A stretch of DNA of 64,000 nt, from the NCBI GenBank assembly GCA_043228905.1, contig JBHGNT010000004.1:1550001-1614000 (forward strand), given 5' to 3'. Each line of letters starts with the position of its first letter. The first letter of the stretch is position 1. The notes under the pieces were generated by a model that saw nothing but the letters and a program-made list of their open reading frames with translations, was not told the DNA's origin and ran no database searches. The position numbers and the translations under genes are program-made. This DNA comes from Azolla caroliniana (lineage: Eukaryota > Plantae > Polypodiophyta). Shown one piece after another: positions 54,401 to 64,000 of this stretch.

Positions 54401-54798
54401 AGCACCGTCGTGTTCCTCCCTTTTCCGGGGCTTTTCACCCACGTCATGAAGTCCCGCCTCGATAGCCGGAGCGAGTCGTCAAACCCGTACTTCTCGAGGA
54501 GCTGTAGCTCGAACTCCTCCCAAGCCTGGCATCCGGCCAACACCTCGAGCACCTCCACATGGATGCCTGGCGTCACCACCCAAGGGAACCCGGACAGCCG
54601 CCTGTTCACCGGGATATCCCTCATGATCATTTCAGCCTGGTAAGCCTCCAAATAACTTGTGGCGTCTTTCCCTCCGAAACGGCCTATAGAACCGACGATC
54701 GATTCAATGGCTCTGTCGAGGGTACCCGTACCCTCACGAGCGCTCACCAACTGGTTGACGACCACCGCCATTGCCTTTGCTAGCTTCGATCCCCTCAT
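48461..54798 (-). pseudogene. Gypsy gag-protease and RT-RNaseH-integrase, with stops, frameshifts and a solo LTR in gag
   Basis: CMWCDAIGHIQKDC knuckle, ALVDHGSEINLM (PR), LPQGGTNS and FLDDI (RT), VTVDTSPTGIGW (RH), HESPWAGH and CESC, DRGEL (IN), WFGPY; no chromodomain seen. Confidence 0.9.
53484..54225 (-). mobile_element. Solo LTR (type B) inserted in Gypsy gag
   Basis: TGTCACG...CACGACA flanked by CCGT on both sides; removing it restores gag VKRVCSRFDKRR. Confidence 0.88.
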
Positions 54799-55782
54799 CT
54801 TTCGACTCCTCTGCCGCCCTGTTCACGTCGAGTTCACCAAAGATGTCGCGTTGTTACGCGCGTGCGTGGAGAAAGGCGGGACCACGGGGGTCTTGGACCA
54901 GGGAGCGACGGAGCGTAGGAAGTCGCACTTCACCGTTTTTGGGCACCCCTGAAACGCACCGGGAGCAACCGAAGGGAGAGAGGGAGTGAGAGAGCGTGCT
55001 TGACACCGACTCACGCGCGCACACACGCACACACACACGCACACACACACGCACTCTTGTAAAGGAAACGCAGGGAAGGAGGGGAGCACCCGACACCAAC
55101 AAGACGCCAATATACACAGACAGACGCCCCCACCAGTTTCTCATCCCAGCTTACCGTGTCAGTCTTCGTTACTTTGATGAAGCTACCAGGATCTACGAAG
55201 CGAGTGTGGAGGATCCTCCTTCAGCCTCTCTTGCCATCCCCTAACTCCGACCCCGTGCAGTCCACTAGGCACTTGTCACGTCGTTCCCGACACCTCCCTT
55301 GTGCCGTCTTCAGCTTCCTTTGTTCGGCACCGCCCGTGCCGAACACCGTCTCGTAGTCACGCTTCGATCCGGCCCGCGATGGCCACTTGCGAGACTCTTG
55401 TTTTGTCCAAGGTGTGCCTTTCCAGCCTGACACACCTCTCCGTGTTTGCCCTTACGGCTTCTTCCGAAACCTCGTGTCGTCGGGTCCCGTTCCCTGCCGC
55501 CACCGTCCTTCTCCCTGGGTCTCACGTTGCCACATTGGCCGAACTGCCGGAGCCTCCGGATCGGTGTGAGGGTCCCATAGGACCGGACTCCGTTTCTATG
55601 CTTGCCAAAATTCGGGTGTCTTTTGTTTGAGTCCCTCCCGGACTCTCCTCGTGTCTTCCGCGTAGCCGGGTCCCGTTTCCCGCCGCCACCTTCCTTCTCC
55701 CTCGGTCTTACGTTGCCACGATGGCAGAACAGCCGGAGTCTCCGGAACCGGTGTGGGGATCCCGTAGGACTGGACTTACGCC

Positions 55783-56124
55783 CATTGTCTTCGTCACCTC
55801 GCCGCCACCGTCAGTATCTTGGTCTTACGTCGACCGCGTTGCCAACTGCCGAAGTCTCTAGAACCGGTGTGAAGGATCCTCCGTAGACCGCCCATCCGTA
55901 GCCCTTGCCTTCGTCACCTCGCCGCCACCGTCAGTATCTTGGTCTTACGTCGACTGCGTTGCCGACTGCCGAAGTCTCTAGAACCGGTGTGAAGGATCCT
56001 CCGTAGACCGCCCATCCGTAGCCCATGCCTTCGTCACCTCGCCGCCACCGTCAGTATCTTGGTCTTACGTCGACCGCGTTGCCTACTGCCGAAGTCTCTA
56101 GAACCGGTGTGAAGGATCCTCCGT
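55783..56124. repeat. 120-bp tandem repeat x3 inside an unassigned GC-rich segment (55128-56479)
   Basis: TCGTCACCTCGCCGCCACCGTCAGTATC at 55791, 55911 and 56031. Confidence 0.9.
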
Positions 56125-56479
56125 GGCCCGCTGTTTTGGCTTCCCGACCTTGTCCTGGGTCGTCCTTTTCCGCATGCCGAGAGGGCGGTTTACTCCGCAC
56201 CCTCTCCCGTGGTACCGACGTACCGTCTCCTCGGCCTCTTCGTAGGCCTGCTCTCTTCCTCCCTCCCGGAATGGTCATCCGGGAGTCCGCTCCGCCCGGT
56301 TCTCATCCGGGTCCGTTCGTCCTTCTCCGGATTACCGAGTCCCGTTCTCCTGTCGCCACCGATATCCCTTATAGGACTCACGCCGGCACTCGGGCCTGCA
56401 GCCGGATCAGTGTAAGGAATCCCATAGGACTGGCTTTCATTCTCTTTCCAAATCTCGACCTTCGCCCGGTCGGTCTTTC

Positions 56480-58404
56480 TCCCTCATGTACAGGAAATGC
56501 AGGAAAGGGGAAACACCCGACACGAACATAGACGCGAATATACACAGACAGACGCAAACATATATATATGTATAAACAGAAGAATACATTCCCGGCTTTG
56601 AGCCAAACTGAGGTAGGTTACAGTAGTCGTCTGCTGCCAAGCCGCCGTCGGGGAGCTCTCAGCTCGTCGCGTCGAGCGGGGTCTTGCACAGGAGGCCGAA
56701 CCAAAGCAAACCCTAAGCGAAACACGAAGAAGGAGAAGAAGAAGAACCTAACTCTAAACCTAACGGTATACCCTCTATTGCAAAATGGGCAACCCCTCCC
56801 TTCCTTTTATAGAACAAGGAGAGGGATGCGTTACATTGTGGGACAAATCCCGACTTTCATGGGATCGTCTGTCCCGACTTGACTACTCTTCGGCGCCATA
56901 AAGGCGCCCTCGATATTCACACTAAATGTACATGGGTGCGTACACACGCTGCACCCCGCCGATGTAGCCAATGTTTCCCGGTTTTCGCCTCTGGCCGAAA
57001 TTCTTCACGACACCGTTTTACCATGGCCCAGTCCGTCGTGAGCCCTTTGTCCGTTTCCAATAGGGGTCCCACCTTTTCCCTGTCGAGCGCATCCACCGAC
57101 TTGACAAACAACAGTACTCGACTTGTTTCGAGCACCGTCCGGTCCAGCGTCGACAGCCGTGCGAACCGTTTTTCGAACTCCTGGCGGAGCTCCATCGTGT
57201 TCCTCCCTTTTCCGGGGCTTTTCACCCCCACCATGAAGTCCCGCCTCGATAGCCGGAGTGAGTCGTCAAACCCGTACTTCTCGAGGAGCTGTAGCTCGAA
57301 CTCCTCCCAAGCCTGGCTTCCGGCCAACACCTCGAGCACCTCCGCATGGATGCCTGGCGTCACCACCCGAGGGAACCCGGACAGCCGCCTGTTCACCGGG
57401 ATATCCCTCATGATCATTTCGGCCTGGTAAGCCTCCAAATAACTTGTGGCGTCTTTCCCTCCGAAACGGCCTATAGAACCGACGATCGATTCAATGGCTC
57501 TGTCGAGGGTACCCGTCCCCTCACGAGCGCTCACCAACTGGTTGACGGCCACCGCCATTGCCTCTGCTAGCTTCGATCCCCTCATCTTTCGACTCCTCTG
57601 CCGCCCTATTCACGTCGGGTTCACCAAAGATGTCGCGTTGTTACGCGCATGCGTGGAGAATGGCGGGACCACGGGGGTCTTGGACCAGGGAGCGACGAAG
57701 CGTAGGAAGTCGCACTTCACCGTTTCTGGGCACCCCTGAAACGCACCGGGAGCAGTCGAAGGGAGAGAGGGAGTGAGAGAGCGTGCTTGACACGGACTCA
57801 CACGCGCGCACACACACACACACACACGCACGCACACGCACACACACACGCACTCTTGTACAGGAAACGCAGGGAAGGAGGGGAGCACCCGACACCAACA
57901 AGACGCCAATATACACAGACAGACGCAAACGTATATGTATATATATATATGTAGAATACACTCCCGGCTTCGAGCCGGACCAAGATAGTTTACAACAGTC
58001 GTCTGCTGTCAAGCCGCCGTCGGGGAGCTCTTGGGCTCGTCGCGTCGAGCGGGGTCTTGCACAGGAGATAAGCTGCAACCAACCCTAAACAAACACGGAG
58101 GGGAAGAAGAAGAAGCAGAAGAAACCTAACCCTAAACCTACCGGTATACCCTCTAATCCAAAATGGGCAACCCTTTTTCAAAGGGCGTTCCCTCCCTTTT
58201 ATAGAACAAGGAGAGGGATGCAATACAATGTGGGACAAATCCCGACCTTCATGGGATCGTCTGTCCCAATTTGACTACTCTTCGGCGCCATAAAGGCGCC
58301 CTTGATATTTACACCAAATGTACATGGGTGCATACACACGCTGCACCCCGCCAATGTAGCCAATGTTTTCCAGTTTTCGCCTATGCCCGAAATTCTTCAC
58401 GACA
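56480..58404 (-). mobile_element. Duplicated Gypsy 5' block: LTR-B (57631-58404), PBS, gag N-terminus (57585-57012) and partial LTR-B
   Basis: Near-identical to ~53680-55127 at an offset of ~2787 bp; twin 222-aa ORFs beginning MRGSKLA. Confidence 0.88.
57608..57626 (-). promoter_or_regulatory. Primer-binding site complementary to the tRNA-Trp 3' end (second copy at 54822-54839)
   Basis: Plus strand ATTCACGTCGGGTTCACCA matches the 3' end of plant cytosolic tRNA-Trp as I recall it; it lies 4 nt from the LTR. Confidence 0.7.
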
Positions 58405-59066
58405 GCGCGTACGTGTAGAAAGGGGCGGGACCACGGGGGTCTTGGACCGAGGAGCGAGAGAGAGAAGGACAGAGGGAGAGAAAGATCCACCGACACGTAG
58501 AAGCAAGAAAAAGAGAAACAGAACGTAACACTTAATTATAATGACAGAGATTACAAACTCCGACAGTTACAACCGACAAAGCGGCGATGGGCCCGACACG
58601 GGGACCCTACTCACGCACACCGACGACAGTGACCGACTCAAAGAAACTTAAGGGGAAGGGGGGCGACTCTGCTGGAAGCACACGGGCTGTCCACGAAGCA
58701 GAGGCAGCGACCTCCCGACACCCGCAGAGAGCAACGATTCGAGTCGAAGAGAGAGAGCTCCGCCTTCCGTTCTGCAGCAACCCTTCCTCTTCCCAACGCG
58801 CGATATCTTGTTTTCTCTTCTCCTCTTCCCTTTATTCCCTGTCCCCTCTGACCGGGATACGCACAATCCCCCCTAATAAATGCGTTCGGCTTAGTAGTTA
58901 CATCCACCGGTTCGCGTGCAAAGTATCCAGTCACGCGTTCATCTGTGTAAGGGCCGGTTTACGCGCTTTCTCTTCAATTCCGCCTATGGACGGTTTTCTT
59001 CACGACACCGGCTCATCGCTACATAGCTCGCATTCGAAGAGAGAAGAAGAAGGAAAAGAATCGACA

Positions 59067-62000
59067 TAATGAATACTCAAATGGGGAGCGTTCTCCCTAC
59101 CGAGAAGTTGGATCGAAACAACTTCGCATCTTGGGAGTACAAGATGCACCAATACCTTGTCGGACAAGGTTATTGGAGCTACATCAAAGGAGCGCATGAA
59201 GACCGACCCGCCGAAGCGGCTCCTGGATACGTGACATGGGAGTAAGCCGCGTGATGTATTGCTTGGCGACATGTGTTCACGATCACATGCTCGGCTACAT
59301 TCGCGAAGGCAAGATGCCGAAGGAGGCATGGGAAAATCTACGAAAGATTTTCGCGGCGAACACAACCGCAAGAAGGCTTCAACTCCGCCAAGAGTTGAAA
59401 AACATTCAACAAAGGGACATGTCCATTACGACATACACCTCGAAGATCAAGGAGCTTTGCGATTCGCTCGGCTCAATAAGCGTAAATATCGATGATGGTG
59501 AGATGGTTCAAATATGCCTCGGTGGCCTCGCACCACGGTTCGGCCTTCTTCGAGCTCCAATCAATGCTATTGGTCGAAGAAAACCACGTGCGTACAAGGA
59601 GCAATGAGTCGGAAGACCACATGCTCTACACGCACTCGAACGGAGGAAGAGGACGCAGATGTTCAAGAGGCCGATTCGGCCAAGGACCAGGTGGACGAGG
59701 TCTGACCTACGATAACAACTCCCAATTTCGGCCGCAAAACGGAAGCCAACGAGGAACCTTCGCAAGAAGGGGGAGCTTCCACTCCGGCCCGAGCCGTCAA
59801 AATGCAACCAAATGCAGATATTGCGGAAAGCTCGGCCACCACGAAGAAGAGTGCCGAAAGAAGATGCGTGAATCAGCTCCCACAAGCCGACAACTCACGA
59901 ATTACGCGCACAATTCCGACTACGAAGAGTATAGTGGAATGTACGGGAACAACTCCGACTATGAAGATCGTGGCGGAATGTATGCATGCAACTCCGACCG
60001 TGGCGGAATGTTCGTGATGAAACATAGAGCAAACTCTATGTCGGCCTCTACCTCAACTAGTGCCCTCAATCCAGAGGACGTATGGTTTGTTGACTCCGGA
60101 GCCTCAAACCATATGACATCCCATAAAGAATGGTTTCTGGAACTTCGAGAGCCGGAGCGACCCGGTTATGTCGAAACCGGAGATGACACTACGCACCCAT
60201 TTCGGCACATCGGCAATGTTCCGTTTGGCGAAAGAGGTAAGCAAACATACATTAAAAATGTCTTGCATGTTCCCACCATCACGAAGAATTTGGTCTCGGT
60301 CGGCCAAATGGTTGAGCAAGGGATGCAAGTATGATTCGACCAAGAAGTGTGCTTCATTGGAAAAGAAGGCCGAATCATCGCACGCGGAAGAAGAGAGGGC
60401 TGGATGTTCATTCTCGATTCGCATGAGATGAAATCCGCCATGTTCGCGAAAAGCACGAAAGCCGACTCCGACATAGAGTTATGGCATAAGCGAATCGGCC
60501 ACATCAATCTCAACAAACTGAAAGCAATGAAATCGAAAGGAGTCGTCATCGGACTCTCGACATTCAAAGAGAAGGAGATTGAAGGTGTATGCTAAGCGTG
60601 CCAATTTGAAGGAGCGGAACGTGAGCAAAGGCGTACTCGACGTAATTCATTCCGATTTATGGGGTCCAGCTCAAACGGTGACATTCGGCGGATGCCGATA
60701 TTACGTGCTCTTCATCGACGACTTTTCTAGGCACACTTGGATCTATCTGATGTGGCAAAAAGCGAAGTGTTCAGACACTTCCAAATATTCAAGAATGAAG
60801 TCGAGAAAGCCATGGGCCGACATGTACGATGTCTCCGATCGGATGGCGGCAACGAGTACTTCTCGGATGATTTCACGGCGTATCTCCAAAAGGAAGGAAT
60901 TTGGCGAGAATTCACTTGCCAACACACTCCGCAACAAAATGGGGTAGCCGAGCGCAAAAATCGGCACATCCTCAAAGTAGCACGGGCAATGATGAATGAG
61001 AAGCATATGCCCAAGTCTTATTGGGCCTAAGCTGCAAATACGACCGTCTACCTAATGAACCGATGCACAACATCTGGCGTGCACGAGGTCACTCCACACG
61101 AAAGATTCTTCGGAAAGAAGCCAAACCTATCACATGTTCGGATATTCGGCTCCATTGCGTACGTGCACATCCTCGACGAGAAGCGTCAAAAGCTCGACCC
61201 GAAGTTGGAGAAATGTATCCTCGTAGGATACTCACTGGAGCAAAAGGGGTACAAGTGCTACAACCCCTCAACTAGAAAATCTCGAGTAAGTCGAAACGTC
61301 ATTTTTGATGAGTCCACATCCTGGTACACACCAGAGACAACTTCGACTCCAACTCCGCTCGACCCGGAATCCACCGAACAAGAGATAGAGGATGAAGATC
61401 GCCTTACGCGCATGTTCGAAGAAAGTCCGATCACGACCCGACTGAGTGGACCACAAGAGCCTTTGAGTGATCAAAGCACATCACGGCCTAGCCCGAAGAT
61501 GGACAGAGGCAAGGCGAAAATGTCGGAATACGAAGACGATCGCTTCACTGACGATGCGTCGACTCACTCACTCGACAGTGAGTTCGGCGGCTTCGATGTA
61601 CCAATCAGAGCTAAGAAAGCCCTCATCTTTGCAAATGAAAAGCTCCGTCACTCCACCCGTGAAAAGAAACCGGTTAGCCAATTCAGCTACAATTACTACA
61701 TGGCATATCACTATGCCTTTATGATGAAGGTGGCGACAATACGTGAGCCGGAAACATTCTCTGAAGCAGCCAAGGATCCGCGATGGATCGAAGCCATGAA
61801 CGATGAGATGCAGGCACTACGCAAGAACGAGACATGGGATCTCGTTCCCATCTCACCACACAAAAAGGCGATCGGATGTAGATGGATTTACAAAGTGAAG
61901 TACAACGCCGACGGCTCCGTCAATCGCTACAAAGCGCGACTCGTAGCGAAAGGTTATGCCCAAATGCACGGAGTTGACTACGAGGAGACCTTTGCCCCGG

Positions 62001-63321
62001 TGGCAAAGATGACAACGGTGTGGACCGTAATTGTGCTTGCCGCGGCGAAAGGGTGGCACCTCCATCAAATGGACGTCAAGAATGCCTTTCTACAAGGCGA
62101 ATTAGAAGAGGAGGTGTACATGATACAACCACTCGGCTTCAACTTGAGCACCCATCCGAAAGCTGTATGCCGACTCAAGAAGCCACTCTACGGCACTCTA
62201 CGGCCTCAAGCAAGCACCGTGTGCTTGGCATTTGAAGATAACACAATATCTTGATGAAATTGGATTCTATATGTCAAAATCGGACAACTCCCTCTACATA
62301 CAAAGCGATTCCGGAAGTCCGATCGTCATCATATTATATGTGGATGACCTAGTCATTGGAGGTGAGCATCTCGTCGAAATCAATAAGGTCAAATCCCTCC
62401 TTTCCGACAAGTTCGAGATGACGGACATGAAGGAGCTCCGCTACTTCCTAGGCATCGAGGTAATTCGAACTTTGGCCGGAATCATGATCTCTCAACGACA
62501 CTATATCCTCAACTTGTTATACAAGTTCGGAATGGCTGAGTTCAAATATGTGACAACCCCTCTTGATCGCAATCTTAGACTAGATGCGAACTCCGGCACC
62601 AAAGTGTGTGAGCCGACTCAGTATCGGCAACTCATCGGGAGTCTCATCTACCTCACAATCACTTGACCTGATCTCAGTTATCCGGTTGGTCTCCTTAGTC
62701 AATTCATGCAAACACCACGTGATACTCACTTGGATTGCGCTAAGCGAGTTCTACGGTACGTGAGCGGCACAATGGATTGCGGCATCCTCTACAGGACCAC
62801 GATGCCAATATGCCTCGAGGAGTACACAGACGCCGATTGGGCCGGCTACAAAGCTGATAGAAGATCAACCAACGGATTTGTCTTCTCCCTCGACGGTGGA
62901 GCAATATCCTTGAGTAGCAAGAAGCAGCCTACCGTCGCTCTTTCGAGTACGGAGGCGGAATACAGGGGGCGCAGCCGTAGCTGCATGTGAAGCTGTATGG
63001 TTCAAGAGGATTTTGAAGGATCTGGGCGTACCCATCAAAGATCCGACTTCCCTTTACTGCGACAACATAAGCAGTATCTATCTGGCTCGGAATGGTGTTC
63101 CATGCACGGACAAAGCACATCGAAGTGCACTATCACTTCATCTGAGAGCGCATTCTAGCTGGCGATGTCAACCTACAACACATTAGCACCAATCTTCAAA
63201 CGACCGACATCTTCACTAAAGCCTTAGGAGCCGACAAGCTATGGCAATTCTTGACCGATCTCGGATTGACGATCCCTGACCTGCCAAGCTTGAGGGGGAG
63301 TACTGAAGACATTACGCAATA
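59067..63321 (+). pseudogene. Copia gag-PR-IN-RT-RNaseH polyprotein with stops and frameshifts
   Basis: CRYCGKLGHHEEEC, WFVDSGASNHMT, LWHKRIGH, HSDLWGP, LRSDGGNEY, PQQNGVAERKNR, YKARLVAKGY, QMDVKNAFL, YVDD, DADWAG. Confidence 0.93.
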
Positions 63322-64000
63322 ACGCGTGGATTCCGCAAACCACGCACACTACGCAATAACACGTGGATTACACAACGAAGCCGTGTGGATTACACAACCG
63401 TGCAACGAAGCCGATCTACCACACAAAGCCGCGAAGAAAGATGCAAGCCGAAGCGCAGACTTTGCAACTACGCACAACGCAAGCTAGAGCACGGATTCTG
63501 CAACTCCGCATAAATGCGAGTCGAAGAGGATTTCGGATATCGTCTGAAACCGACCCAACTTGACCTTGACGGGGCGTGTTGAGAATCAAGCTCAACTTGG
63601 TCTAGTGTGTGAACTCACCTTGAGAGTGAATAGACACTCTAACAGTCAAGAATCACCATTAAGTCACCTCTTTGTATTCTAACATTTAGTATGAGTCATA
63701 GAATCATATTCTATGAAACATAACTTATGAGCTTTCACATTCCCCATGCTCCATGAGCCTTGTAGTTAATGAAGAGAGAGGGTGACTATATAAAGCACCC
63801 TCCTCCCACCTTGTATTGGGTTGAGTCTTTCTCCTTTGTTAACATACTCTTACCTTGCGTATTCTCTGTGTCTTATTCCTTGTCTCTTTCACTCTCTCTC
63901 TCTCTCTCTCTCTCATACACACACATAACTCATATCTCTTCCGCTTCACAAGAATCCATATCCAATTCTTTACAATTCCACATAACTTTCGGAGTTATTG

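Larger units (their letters stand above)
47775..59007 (-). mobile_element. Ty3/Gypsy LTR retrotransposon complex
   Basis: LTR-A copies at 47775-48391 and 58405-59007; TSD CCGG at 47771-47774 and 59008-59011; PPT GGTTTGGTGGGGGTGGA next to 48391; GC/CpG-rich. Confidence 0.92.
47285..63974 (+). mobile_element. Full-length Ty1/Copia LTR retrotransposon with a nested Gypsy in its leader
   Basis: LTRs 47285-47686 and 63577-63974 (TG...CA); 5-bp TSD ATTCC at 47280-47284 and 63975-63979; iMet PBS TGGTATCAGAGC at 47687-47698. Confidence 0.96.
44687..64000 (+). mobile_element. Sola2-like DNA transposon (left part), split by Copia and running off the window end
   Basis: L1 homology ends at GGGACATTTG; subterminal repeats follow; the transposase reads EFI|PHNFRSY across the Copia insertion. 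Confidence 0.6.

Noticed and set aside
48022-59069. Many antisense and alternate-frame ORFs in the GC-rich Gypsy region
   Set aside because: Shadow ORFs caused by high GC content and LTR duplication; no independent motifs.

Overview
Eukaryotic, intron-containing DNA from a land plant (probably a non-seed plant; inference from the transposon repertoire). There are two host genes, both on the minus strand: a GT92 galactan beta-1,4-galactosyltransferase (GALS-like, 2 exons) and a 9-exon GPI1/PIG-Q gene. The first 28 kb also hold a near-full-length L1 LINE, a MULE-type MITE and small remnants. From ~29.4 kb to the end is one nested transposon stack. A decayed L1 is interrupted by (i) a 9.47-kb TIR DNA transposon with a 4-bp TSD, (ii) a CACTA-starting fragment and (iii) a Sola2-like transposon. 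The Sola2-like element holds a full-length Copia, which holds a rearranged Ty3/Gypsy, which holds a solo LTR. The standout is the 9.47-kb element (31750-41219). Its Sola-like DDD transposase is arranged divergently from a six-exon gene encoding a ParB/Srx-like domain fused to a bacterial-type beta-class N6-adenine/N4-cytosine DNA methyltransferase. The first intron of that gene carries about 12 copies of a 51-bp unit, each containing a 29-bp palindrome. This copy is pseudogenised. All coordinates, splice sites and translations were read by eye; no database searches were run.
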